A stretch of 64,000 bases of DNA from Ramazzottius varieornatus (GCA_001949185.1 BDGG01000007.1:871556-935555), one strand, 5' to 3'. Numbered from the stretch's first letter, positions 26,901 to 38,977 are shown. Translations and numbers: made by a program. Notes: generated from the sequence alone by a model not told the origin.

Positions 26901-27298
26901 TGCAGTACCAAGAAGGAAATGAGAGATATCCCAGAATTCAACGTTTCACCATAGGCAAAGATGAATTCCCAGTGTTCCCCAGTCAAGCTGCTGGTTTCGC
27001 TCGAGACCTGGCTGTTCCTTCCAATTCGTCCCGGGATTCTACCAGCACATCCGCGACGATGACGACAGTGACGCTGCCATCAGTCGCTCCACCATCATCC
27101 ACCCGATTTCCCACTTCGCAAACACCATTGGCAGTCACATCCACTCCCCGACCCTCGAACCAGGAAACAACAACGCCGATCGCGACCAGCACACCCACGT
27201 CATCTTCCAGCCGTTCGACTACACCATCATTTGCAACATGCTCTACCGGTGGGATAATTCTACTGTTTTCTTCGATTACTCTACTCTGGGTGTCGTAA
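23906..27298 (+). CDS. Secreted, probably GPI-anchored protein with two tandem GH43 (arabinofuranosidase/xylosidase-like) domains; 9 exons, about 753 aa
   Basis: Exons 23906-23986, 24042-24108, 24190-24548, 24615-25001, 25061-25207, 25299-25365, 25431-25774, 26173-26589 and 26906-27298 splice in frame. Signal peptide MEMFSSLFFLTSLFLFSNA. Each domain has FRNPI..APDPW, WAPEIH, AIDGT, SEGP, GPGHASFT and VYHA. A Ser/Thr stalk and a hydrophobic C-terminus follow. Confidence 0.9.
25811..25943. mobile_element. Hairpin MITE-like element, family A (GH43 intron)
   Basis: CCGGCAAAGGCAACGTACAAGA ... TCTTGTACGTTCCGTTTGTCGG arms around AAGTGGCGCAC ... ATGCGCC. Confidence 0.7.
26619..26782. mobile_element. 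MITE-like inverted-repeat element with TACTGTA/TACAGTA ends (GH43 intron)
   Basis: TAGTGCTACCAGATTATCGCGCACTCAACCACGTGA pairs with TCACGTGGCTGAGTGCGCGATAATTTGGTGGCACTA (3 mismatches in 36). Confidence 0.8.
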
Positions 27299-27585
27299 AA
27301 TTGTCCGCCTGCAAGTGATTCGTAAGGCGAGATCTTTCATTTTGGTTGGATGGGAAGGAATCAGGGAAGTTGTTAGATCAGAGAATTTTGGTGCAAAGTA
27401 CCTGTTACTCATTCTGTCGCTTGATAAATGTGTTTAGAAGAAAGTAAAACTGTAGCTGTGAAGATCACATTCGAAAATGGAAACTCTCAAGATGGCTTCA
27501 AAACGACTCTGCGCAGCTGGAGTGACTTCAGGAAGACACACGTCCACAAATCAAGCAACAAGTAAGAACAGACACAAAACAGAAA

Positions 27586-29040
27586 TCACCGAGATTTTCT
27601 TTCTTTTAAGTTCATCAAATCTCCCTTAATCGAACCCAAGCTGTTCCCCGCCAAGCAGTCCGGACAATACCAGGCTCGTTGTCTGATCCGTTCGACGTTC
27701 TTGATCCTGACACATTCAGCGTGGAACCATTCGGTCTTGCAGCGCTTCCCATTATCGCAGGCAATCATTACTCTTCCGCCATTCCGCTGTCCGCAGAAGC
27801 AGTACTGTTTGTCCTCGTCCTCTTCGTCCTCGAATGTATGCGAGCTCGCCGGTATGGCTCGTTTGTAGCGACCAGAAGTTGTGGTAGGTACGAGGAATGG
27901 ACTGTCGGAAGTGGGAACCGTTACTCGTTGAAGAAAACGGTCTCGACGGTTGGCCAGAGGAGACGTCTGCACAATTCCATCCACCTCCTTTTCAGACTGC
28001 AACATCTCTTCGACCTCAGGATATAAGATACCCACAGCTGACGTTCCACTCGGAGCCAGTGCAATGTTGGAAGACGAGGCTTCACTGCAGGAAAGGAGTA
28101 GTCAATCAAGACCCAATTACCAATCAGGTGAATCAACTGTAATCCGCAGTGACGTCACAACACTTTTGCTGTGCGCGTGTTTAGCAAGTATATCGATCAA
28201 CAAATCAATCGAGCATATTCATTCACAGTTTGCTTCTACGACGCCGGTTCCGTCGGTTCCCGCTCAGTGTGCGGAACGGATGGAACGCCGAAAACCAAAA
28301 CATTCGATGACGTGGCAGTTTCGAATCCAAGTTTTGATTGTTCGATTGGGACTTCCACGACGTTAGCCCAGTGTTAGCCATGTAAACATTCCGTGCTACT
28401 CAGCATGGCTCGCCATATCGTGGTAAAACCCGAAATGGTTCGGATTGATGAGATTCAATCGAGGTACCGGAATGTTTACCTGCCGAACACTGCGTTGGCT
28501 CGCTCAGAACCGGAAGCAGACAAGCAGTACTTCCAGGGTTTTCTACCATGAACACAGCAGGAACTTTCATCTGACTTACCACGAATGGGGAACATCGAAA
28601 TCCACAGAGGTTGGAGGTTTGAGATGGCCAGTCATTTCTTCCAGAGCGCGAGTTTCCAACTTGATTGTGCAACCTGGATTATCCGCTTCGATTTCCATCT
28701 TGAACTTGTCCGTGTCACCTTCCAGCCTGGTGTTGAAGCGCTGCATCACCTGCTCGAGAGTCCAGACTGTTCTTAGCTTATCGACGCCCAGCTGCACAAC
28801 TTTGTTGAGCTCTTCCTCGACCTCAGCGGTCATTTGGACTGCTTTGTCATCCGTCTCCGCGTCGTCCGACTTGCCTCGCTCGCGCTTCATCTTGGCTAGT
28901 TCTACCGTAAGTCTCTTGGCATGATCCTGACGGTTGTTCAGCTCTAAATCAAGAGTTCGGATCTTCGTCAGGCTGTCCCTAAAAATCTGTGGGAGCTCGT
29001 CGGTGTACTGCAGAAAATCCTCCAGGTACATTAGCGACAT
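27586..29040 (-). CDS. ING3: Inhibitor of growth family PHD-finger protein (ING3-like)
   Basis: N-terminal MYLEDFLQYTDELP...KFKMEIEADNPGCT (compare ING3 KFKMELEADNAGIT) and C-terminal PHD YCFC...MIACDN...EWFHAECV...WYCPDC. Confidence 0.82.
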
Positions 29041-29562
29041 GGCGGATCCGAAAGGGAAAATCAGCTTCTTCCTCGCTGGCGTGGTAAAATTACACCAGAA
29101 AGAGTAGGATGATGTTCGCAGTTTTCGTCTTCCAAGACAAGAAGCTTGAGGTCCACCTAGAAAGGTGCAAACCGTCAAGGTTCGGAAGAAATTGCGGAGC
29201 AAGAATGCTGCAAAATCCAAACAGCGAACAAGGAATTCGAAATTCGAATAAAATTTCAGAAGTATGAAGTTTCCGCTCGATCAAGGCGTCATGTCAATCA
29301 ACAAAAAACTGGCGCTTGGCCCAGGCCGGGGTCCCGGTCCCCAGAATTTGGAGCCCGGATCGTGCTTTTCACCCTTAGATGTGGGGGCTGGTGGTAAAGG
29401 TTACGGCACGGCCTTGACCAGAGCGACCTTGAAACTTTTTCCAGTTTTTAATTTTTTCTTCAGAAACTCTACCTCGGAAGCGCGAGGCTTGTCTTCGTCC
29501 TTCTAAACTCACAGCTCTCCGGCAGGTACCAGCATTCAGAACGTGACTTCGTGGAGTCGGGA

Positions 29563-30993
29563 ATGTCAGGAAACTATGCCGCAGGCCTGTCCAAGTACGC
29601 GAACAAAGGGATTCTTGGACTGCCGGAAGTCAGTAACTCATCCTGTGTTTACATTGTGTAGTCGCTTGATTGTAGATCGATTCACCTGATTTCTCTTGTT
29701 TTTTCCAGCATGAAGATTCTCCCGAGTTTATCCGAAAGAAGATCTCGCTGCTCGTCCAGATGATTCGCTCCGCACAGCATGTCGTTGTTCATACAGGCGC
29801 AGGGATTAGTACGTCCGCCGGAAGTATGGGGAAGCGTTTCATTTTCCGGGCTGGAGTTTTTGGTCGGATCAAATTTGCAAGACTTTTTCTTACTTGCAGT
29901 TGCTGATTTTCGTGGTCCGAAAGGAATCTGGACAGCCGAGAAGAAGAAAATCGCCCCTGCAACTTCCAAGCCTTTCGACGAAGTTGTACCTACCTACACG
30001 CACATGGCATTGGTGGAGCTAGTCAGACAGAACGTCGTCCAGTTCGTGATTTCGCAGAACATCGATGGACTGCACCTTCGCTCTGGACTCTCACCTGGCC
30101 ATCTGGCTGAAATGCACGGAAACATCTTCATGGAACGATGCAGAAAGTGCAGGCGACTGTACACGAGGAAGACTCTGGTACCTACCATCGGCGTGAAGCC
30201 AACGGGCGGTATTTGCGAGGCACTTAACGCACGCGGAAGTCCATGCAGGTAGAACCAAAGTTTTAATCTATTGAGCGAACATGACGTTTAGGATATGCTC
30301 ACCTGGATCCTTCTATTCTTTTTGCAGAGGTGTCCTGGTAGATACGATGCTTGATTGGAAGAGTCCACTACCTTTGGAAGATTTGGATGCTGCCACCCTG
30401 AATGCCAAGTAAGCTTTGTCTAGACTCTAGAATACGCGTCAGTGGTCACATTTGCAAAATTCTCTTACGTTGGTCAGGCTGCTTCCCTTTTTAGAGCGGC
30501 AGACTTGAACATTGTGCTGGGATCAACCATGCAGATTACTCCAGCAGGTGATCTGCCGAGAAGCCGGAAACAGTTTGATCCCAACGCGAAATTCGTCATT
30601 TGCAATCTCCAACAGACAAAATTTGTAAGTGTGGCATATTCAGCATGAAATTACGGAATTCAAGGATCGTGTTGATATTATACGTTTCGAGTTTGTGCAC
30701 GTTGGTTGCAGGATGGAGATGCAGATTTGATAATGCGTGCAAAGGTGGACGATATCTTCGCAGCAGTGATGGCAGAGTTAGGCCTGAAAGCTGCGCCGTA
30801 CAGTAAGGAAACTGATCCAGTCCTCGCGACGACAAATGAGCGAAAAGAATTCGTCCGGGCCTTGAAACATCCACCCGAACACCGAGTTCGACCACTGACT
30901 GCCACTGATGAAGAAACAAAGCCTGAAATAGTGCCAAAGAAAGTCGAAAAATCACGCAAACGAAAGTTCGACGAAGAAAATGATCTCGGCTAA
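29563..30993 (+). CDS. SIRT6: NAD-dependent deacetylase sirtuin-6, multi-exon
   Basis: [23 protein letters not shown]-terminus; [50 protein letters not shown]. Confidence 0.93.
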
Positions 30994-31211
30994 ATTATCA
31001 CGAGTGGTTTGGTTCAAGCATTCAGTTGGTTACTATTTTCTGAATTTTATCCAACTGTCTTTCGTCAGAATCGTGGACCATAATCTCGGTTTAATTTATT
31101 TTTACATCCATTCCTGTGAGGCTCATTTTGTCACGCGGATTCTTTTCTGTTTTATGAACAGTTATAATTTTATTGTCGTAGTCGCATAAGGAATTAAATA
31201 TCCGTTGAACT

Positions 31212-32994
31212 CTATCGCTGTTTCTTTTTCCTCCCCGGAAGAACAGCAGTCTCTGCCCTTGCAGCTTCCTCTTGATCGTTACCGCTTTCGTCGACAGTCG
31301 ACATTTCTGTCCATATTGATTCGTCTTCGATAACTTCTTCCTCCTCCACGATTTTCCTCTTCTTCGTCGCTTTACCTTCCTTTTCTTCCGCTAGTCTTTC
31401 TTCTGCGTCCAGCTGGTCGTCTCTGGACCATATTCTAACTGCCTCGTTTGTGAAACGTAGACAGGTCGGGACCGATTTCATATAAATCTGCATCAAGGAA
31501 AGATCCCAGTCAAAATTTTAGTGCTTACCCGCGTGCACAGCAGATAACTAAACCACGCTAATGGCACGTTCAAATGCAAGATCAAGCATGAAACACGGTT
31601 TCACCGGGTCCCAAACGTGCTGCAAGCGTGCACGTGCCACGTATGCCTGACGGGTAATCGGCTAAACTTCTGAAAATGGTTCAGACAGAAGCCACACTCA
31701 CTTCCGACACGAAGGTCTTCTGGGACGTTTTATACAGTCTGAGGAACCTATCCAGTCCACAAACAGCAAAGTGGTCACTTTCTGACGGATGGAATTGAAT
31801 ATCTCTGACGGAGCCTTGGTTTCCCGTGAAGGCTCGCAGCACCATTCCTTTGGTTCCTCTCAGATCAAACAGGGCGACTTTGCCCAATCTGTTCGCCACC
31901 AGGACCTCAAACTCTTTTTGGGGATTGATGTCCAGGCATGTCAGGGGATCTTCCGAATAGTTGACGATCATTGTGGGACGACGCTTCGCCCTGACGTCGA
32001 AGACCTGCAGTTCGTGATAGGCTGTGACAGCAAGGACGACTTTGTCGTCAGACTTCGGCCGGAATTTGAGATCGTTTATCCAGGTCTTCACACGAAGTCT
32101 CAGCTTATCGTCCGGAAGCTGAAAAGATGAAAAAAAGGGGTTGGATTTGCTACGACGATCGCCCTGAGAAAAAGAAACTCGTTGCCTACATTCTTTGCGG
32201 TGAAAATCGGAGTGGACGCATTCGAGAAATCCCACACTTTGAGGAGATTTTCCCTGCCACCGGTGACGAATGTACTCGGATGAGAAAGACCTTGGGTCAT
32301 TTGGCAAACATCGCTTCCACAGGAAGATATTTGCTGTAGAACGCGATGACAGATCAAAAGCGAAAACATCCGACTTTTTCGAAAGTTCTGCAATTTACAA
32401 CAAATTATTTTACTTTACTCCTCTGCATCCTTTCGTTCCTAAAGATGTGTCCTGACTGCACACATGTCGTCATGTTGCTGAAAAGAAGAAATCGAAGGTT
32501 ACAAACTGATATACAACATAAGGACGGAATAAACACTCACTCTCCAATCATTCCTCCACCAACGAAGTTCCCATCGCCCCCTTCGGTCCGGAGTTTACTA
32601 AAATGTTGGCCGGGATTCCGGACATCCAAACAAACAAAGTCGCGATTTCTGAGACCAAGTCGAACCTGCAACGAAAAACACGGACGTGCATTCAAGTTGG
32701 CGGTCAACGGGAAGGGAAGAAACGATTGGTACTGCTTGGAAATGTCGCTAACTTTGAGGGAGTCGTCATGTTCGGCGCCGTCTTCAGTCTGATCAAACAA
32801 AATGATATCGACAGCCCGTTCTTTGTTGACAAGAGAGGATGAATCCGTAGCGATATTCGTGAATGCTCTGGAGGGAATATTAACGGCTGCAAAGAAAACG
32901 ACCGGAAGCCAAGTGTAACAAAGCCATATAACTGCCTTTCCTTACCTTTAAGCAAGCCGGTCTCGCATCCAACTAGCACATGAACACTATCCAT
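31212..32994 (-). CDS. WDR74: WD-repeat protein 74 / Nsa1 (60S biogenesis), multi-exon
   Basis: VLVGCETGLLKG start; TGGRENLLKVWD; IFTAKN; DKLRLRVKTW; GNQGSVRDI; CGLDRFLR; acidic/basic tail. Confidence 0.88.
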
Positions 32995-33349
32995 GATTCT
33001 GCGTCGTCCTCAAGCCGTATAGCCGTGTAGAATCTTACTGCCCCAGAAAAATTCGCAGCAGGAAGAAAATAATTGCCATCAATTGCGAAATGGATCGTCA
33101 ATCAGCTGATTGATCCAAAGAGACACAAAAACTCTGCTGGTAGGCTTGTGGTGAAAGCTTGTTTCCATACCACTCAATCAGCTGTTTCTCCTTTGCCCTT
33201 TTTCATTTTATTTTCTCGCTTCGGAGTTCGGAAGTCCTGTAGAACTCCTGTTTCACTTCCGCACCTCGCCAAAGAGACGTGTCGTCGGAGTTCGGACTGC
33301 GGCGTCTGACAGGTGGAAGTATATTCTGGAAGGCTCTCCGTACCCCAAA

Positions 33350-34508
33350 ATGACCAGCCGGCACATCAGTCGGCTCGTTGCGAACCAGACGATTTTCTTT
33401 TGCTGTGGTAAGTCAAACTCTAACGTTATTCCCACTTCCTCCTTTTGAGGTTGCTTGTTGATGCTCAGTAGCTGGTGTCCGAGAACAGGTATATTTCCTT
33501 TTAGACATGCAAGAGGCTTTCCGTCCGAATGTCAAATACTTCTCGGAGATAATGGAAATTGCCAGACGCTTGGTGAGGGAATTGCGTACAGTACTACCAT
33601 GAATGGAAAATACCCAAAATTTAGCTACCGAATTTTTTTTCTTCCATGTGAAAAGTTTGTTGTTTTCTACTAGATCGAAGGAGGAAAGCATCTTGGTATT
33701 CCTCTGGTCGTGACGGAGCAGAAAGGCGTAAGTGTATATTATTTCATTCAGTTTCCTTCTCCCGAGCTGTTCGCTTGTGAAGTTTTCAAGTTGAGAGAGT
33801 TGAGGTGTTTCCGTGCAGAAACTGAAGTTCTTGTCGTGCACCTAGTATCCTAGCGAGCTAGAAAAGACGGTCAAAGAACTAGACGTCTCCCATGGCTCCG
33901 TTTTTGAGAAGAAGAAATTCAGCATGTTCATACCGGAAGTTGAGAGTTTGTTGAAAGAGAAGAAATCGAAGACAGTCGTTCTTTTTGGAGTCGAGGTGAG
34001 TCTCCAGTCTGGATCAGGAAATTACAACCCCTGGCTGTTCTTGGGGCTAATTGAAATTATTTTCTCAGGCCCACGTATGCATTCTTTGCACGGCCTTGGA
34101 TTTAAGGGAGAAGGAGTACGAAGTTCACATCGTGGCTGATGGATGCTGTTCAAGAGTAAATTCTATCTGTAGTTTTGTAATCTTTTGAGGGTTCCTTAAT
34201 CGCTGTTTCCTTACAGGCGATGAGCGACAGAGCATTGGCATATGAGGTAAGAATATTCGTCTTACTCCTCGGATGAAATAAAGATGTCTTGTAAGAGTTG
34301 TCGTAAAATCGGAAAAACTTCCGGGTGCTTTATATTTGTTTTCCGTGGGAATTTTTAGCGCTTGAAGCAAGCTGGATGCATCATGACTTCTTGTGAAACA
34401 GTCTTGATGGAGCTGCTGGGCTCGAAGGACCATCCCAAGTTCAAGGACGTACAAAAAGTTGTTATGGATCGAGCTCCAAACACCGGACTGTACCGCACTG
34501 ACAATTAA
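33350..34508 (+). CDS. Isochorismatase-domain protein (ISOC1/ISOC2-like), multi-exon
   Basis: Spliced FFCC|DMQEAFRP...VTEQ...KKKFSM...VVLFGVE|AHVCIL...VHIVADGC...ETVLMELLGSKDHPKFKDVQ. Confidence 0.85.
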
Positions 34509-35085
34509 CTTTCTTGGCTTGAGTGACCATAGTGGAGTTTCTCCTTCGCATGTTTTTGGATTCGCCCGTTTTACTTGATGTATTTTTATCTTTCATTTTG
34601 CTGTTTCATACCGTGGGATGTTGGTGGAAGCTTGCCTTGCGGTCGAGTTATTCGGAACTGCAGGCCCCGAGTTTCCGGTCTTTTGTGCTGTGGTACCGGA
34701 TTCATAACTTAGTCTCACCAGAAGTATCAGGTCCTTGATAGATATGGTTAATCTGCCCTAACAAACACAAGAAGAGATGAACTAAAACGCTTCTGTGGTC
34801 GATCCTTCGAACAAATCGGTGGGACCACTTCCGGTTCCTCACACTGCAGTGACGTGTCCTAGTATTGCACCTCACCTGACATTACTGTTTAACTGCAGTG
34901 TGTATGACATATCCAACAGTAATGTCAGCCGATGTCGAAACTCTGTTCAATTGGCCTTTTTGGATTGTTCCCTCCGTCTACCTCAGTCCCCATAGTTTTC
35001 TTCGGTTCGTGTTCTTCGATCGGGAAACGGGAGGACAGTTTGTTCGAAGTAGTTGCGGATCGGTGAGGGAGAGCCACGCTCGAGG

Positions 35086-36740
35086 ATGAGTGTCCCCCAG
35101 CACAAGATCGTGTTAGTTAGCATGTTGGTTTGTTATCGAGCCGACTGGTCACTGGATTACTGTTTTGCCGTAGGAAACCACGATCGCAGCGCGGCAGGAG
35201 ATTCCTCGAGGCTCGCGAGCCGAAGATTTTCGAGAATGACAAGACTGCTCTGGGATTAAGGACAAGCTCTGCAAATGAAACCGTGGTCAAGATCTTGAAG
35301 GATTTGGTGAGCTTAACCCGAAAGTCATTTACGTTCGTATTTCGTTCCTTCATGTGATGCATATATTCGTCATTCAGACTGCCCTCAAGAAGCCTGATTC
35401 TTCCTTCCTTGGCCGGTAAGTCCCGTTTTCACTCCGAAAAATGTTTCTTCGTTCACTGAAATTCCATTGTGCCAGGAAGCACGATTTGCGGCCGTTCGAG
35501 AACGAGCAGCAACTGGTAAGTCTTGATGCTTGTGTAGTCTTGTGGTTACCGTGATGCATGTTTTTTTTGAATCAATCAACCGGAAGTGATGATTTTCTCC
35601 TTCATGGTTTGTCCTGTTTGCAGGAATCCTTCTCGACCAAATACGATGCATCGCTCATCGTAACCGGTTCTCACAACAAGAAGCGTCCATGCTGCATCAC
35701 ATTCGGTAAACTTTGTCCGTCTATTTATGCTGATTTTCCCTAAACGACGTCTGATGTGCTCGTTGTGTAAGCATGTGTTATTCCAGCCCGCACCTTTGAT
35801 CATCACATCTTGGACATGTACGAGTTCTGTGTGGAAAACTTCAAGAGCATTTCAGACTTTCCGGTACGGACAATCACAATATAAACCGCGACCGTTGATC
35901 GTGTTCCATAACACGGAATACATTTGTTTGGTTTTTCTCTAGGGACTTTCGCCGCCGTTGGGAAACAAGCCCTTCCTCATATTCCGCGGAGACAGCTTTG
36001 AACATGATCCAGTGCATGAGAAAATCAAGACCATGCTCATCGGTAAGTATTCCCTCGGGCGGTGCCCGTTGTTGAACGGTCATCTTGATGATCCGTTCCG
36101 TTTTTCCTCAGATTATTTTCGAGGACCCAGTGTCGATAAAATTCGACCCGCTGGCATTCAGCATTGCATAACGTTCGTTGCCACCGGCGGAAGAATTCTC
36201 ATGAGGACTTTTCTGTAAGCTTACTCGTATCTCCTCTATCCACTGTCCCAACGAAGGAACCTGGGCGCCTTTGTCAAGGCTTTGTGCATGGTTGTTTTGT
36301 TATAGAATAAATGGCCCACCGGAAGGAACCGAGCCAACGACCAAGACGCCCATTGCCACACTGGTGCCTACCGGTCCCAGCATGGACTTCATACCGAAGA
36401 GAACGAAGACGGCTTCCAACGATCTGTGGAAGGTGGCCTGTAGAACACCCAAAACATCGACGGTAATATTCTAGTCACGGATAAAATATTCTTCGTCTAC
36501 TGATTATATCTTGTCTGCCTTTAGATCAAGAAGAAGAAGAATGTCACACAAGACGTGTTCGGTTCCACACTGGGCCGCATCCACATGGGTACTCAAGATT
36601 ACACAAAGTTGGTAACTAAGAAGATGAAAGGTCTGAAAGAAAGCAGATCGAAGGAGGACGGAGAAGGGTCTGTGGCTGAACCGATGGACGTCGGTCAGGC
36701 GAACGATGATTACGCCGACATAGGCGGTGATTTGGACTAA
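35086..36740 (+). CDS. RPF2: Ribosome production factor 2 (Brix domain), multi-exon
   Basis: KPRSQRGRRFLEAREPKIFENDK; RPFEN; GSHNKKRP; GNKPFLIFRG; DYFRG; GPSMDF; GSTLGRIHMGTQD...KMKGLK. Confidence 0.92.
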
Positions 36741-36899
36741 CCAATATTACGAGAACTACAAAGCACACTGTTCTGCTGAATGTTACTGCAGAGACTGTCC
36801 ATCTAACTGAGCCACTTTTTTCGGTTTGTGTTCAGCTTTCGTTCATTACTGACAGTCCGAACAGACTGGTCAAGTTGTTGGTCCACAGAAGCGTGTGAA

Positions 36900-38028
36900 A
36901 CATTGTCGGTTAGTCCTAAGATTTTTGTGACGGCCAGAAGGCTATGCTCGTTTGTTGAAGAACTTGATCTGTCTCTTCCGAGCGCCATTGGCACATGGCT
37001 TCTGGACGATAAAGCTCTTGGGGTCTCCGGTCATATTGACGGCCACCTGTCCAATCCAGTTCTGTCCCTTAGGGAAACTAAAAATAGCCTGCAGAGAAAA
37101 GAGGTTAATGGTACTCGTATTGCTGTTGCAGAATATAAAAGAAAACTGGACGTCGGCAAACGAACTCCACCAAATCATTTTCCGAAGTGGCGCACGCTTC
37201 CAGCCAATACCAGGGGAAAAGTGCGTCACTTGGTGAAACGATTTGGTCGAGTTCGTTTGCCGCGCTCCGAAACAAGTCTGTGCGTACGAAGATATGAAGG
37301 ATCAAATTTCCAAACTGGTCGTGTTCGTCCTGGAAAGCCGTAGCGGTGATGCTTTGCAAATCTGATCCACAGTCTTTCTTAAGGTTGTACCGCTGTAGAC
37401 GAAGAGGACAACGGGTATTAGAAGGTGGAAGCAAAGTACTAAATTTGGTGGAAGAGAATCAACGTATAAAGGGCCCTCACAGGTTCGTTAAGGATCCGGG
37501 TGTAAGACTGGTCTTTCCCGACCAATTTAAGCTCGGTTCTTGTAGAGTTGAATTTAGCGCAGGGATTATTCATCAGGGATGGCGGAGAGGTCCCTAGTGT
37601 GATAGCCAGTTCCCTCTGGATGGATTTATTCAATCCGGAGAACGGGATACTGGCCTAACAGGGAAATACAAACACCGCAGTAAAGAAACGTCGGCAACGG
37701 ACTTCTGTACAACTGGCGAAGCGCGTACCTCGACGTGGAAGATGGGCCCGATGACAACAGCCTTTTCTTCTTGCCAGCTCAGGGCCATCGCATTTCCGAC
37801 ATCGGGACCGCATTCTTCGCGAAGGTCGAGCTCCTGAAGCGTACAGGCAGGACCATGAGAAACGGTTCGAAAAAGGGACTCAGAATTCGGATAGTTAAAA
37901 CGTACCCAGGCCAAGATGCTGACGAACGACGAGTCAGATTTCACTTCCGTGGGTGCCGTTCGTGTCCCGGAGACAGCCCCCGCAGCCAGACAACACAGAG
38001 TCAGTAGTTCCAAACAAAGAGGCGCCAT
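36900..38028 (-). pseudogene. Degenerate secreted ANF-receptor/periplasmic-binding-fold-like gene
   Basis: Signal peptide MAPLCLELLTLCCLAAGAVSG and AVVIGP motif. Downstream frames are broken by stops, and a family-A element is inserted at 37154-37262. The 3' boundary is uncertain. Confidence 0.35.
37154..37262. mobile_element. Hairpin MITE-like element, family A (best-preserved copy)
   Basis: CGGCAAACGAACTCCACCAAATC ... GATTTGGTCGAGTTCGTTTGCCG arms around AAGTGGCGCACGCTT ... AAAAGTGCGTCACTT. Confidence 0.8.
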
Positions 38029-38472
38029 TTCTAGTTCGCCTGAATACAGAGAGTGGAACAGACTAGGTCGGTCTTCCGACGGTTCCGCGAACTTGTCTTT
38101 ATAAATTTATTTTCGTAATGCTGATCTCGACACCAGGAGCTTACGGTTGCCGGCGTGCTTCTGTGCACATATATTCATATCCCTAAGGGTGCCTTGAGAT
38201 TCTCACGTCCAACTTTTCGTCTGCTGTTCGCGAGCGGAAACAGAACGCAGTTGATCTACGTATACTGTATAGCATATGGCAAGTCCGTAATGCCGTTGAG
38301 GAAGTTACCAGTTATTCCTGTTTTTCTGGTCTGTTTAATCACCACACGTATGTTTTTACAGCCACAAGATGTGCACTTATGAAAGCTGTAGCATCAACTT
38401 ATCGAAGGATGTCTTTACGGGTGCCGGCATCGAAGCCAACCACCTTTCCCTTACAGTATAAGGAAATCATAA

Positions 38473-38977
38473 TTAATTAGACGATGGCGCGTCAATACAA
38501 GGGTTCTTCTTGATAGTGGCTACGGCTCTTGGGTTGGTAGGCACAGAGACGACCATTTCCTTGAGCAAAACTGCCTTGTCCCGGGGAAAGTTCACTTCCA
38601 CCTGTTTACAAAGCCAGTAAAGTTGTAGAACATTAGTAAGGCAACCTGGTGCAGCGAAACGAAGATGGCATTACCTTTGCGAAATACGTTATTCCTCGGT
38701 CACTAGTCTCGATCTGGTAGCTTGTAGCCTTGATGCCGCCAAAGTGCAGTCCGCAGTCCCGGATGAGTTGTTCAAAAATCACTGGAAGCTAGAAAAAAGC
38801 GAGAATATCATCAGCCAGGAAGTTTTAGCTCAACCAAAACGATAGGAATTCGCGCAACGTACTTACATGGAGAACATCGTCGATGGTCTTGTCACCAGGC
38901 TTCGGCGCGGACTTTAGGCTGATCGTGCCCACTGGGAAGCAGAACAGAGCCAAAACGATGATCAACTTCGATGCCAT
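38473..38977 (-). CDS. Small secreted cystatin/stefin-like protein, 3 exons, 117 aa (not in the ORF track)
   Basis: Exons 38977-38867, 38788-38675 and 38601-38473 are joined by phase-0 GT-AG introns: MASKLIIVLALFCFPVGTISLKSAPKPGDKTIDDVLH|LPVIFEQLIRDCGLHFGGIKATSYQIETSDRGITYFAK|VEVNFPRDKAVLLKEMVVSVPTNPRAVATIKKNPCIDAPSSN*. ATSYQ...GITYFAKV resembles stefin AVSYKTQVVAGTNYFIKV. The gene model is better supported than the family call. Confidence 0.65.

Noticed and set aside
23906-27298. GH43 as bacterial contamination or a chimeric assembly
   Set aside because: It has eight canonical spliceosomal introns, host-type repeats inside the introns, and continuous metazoan flanking genes.
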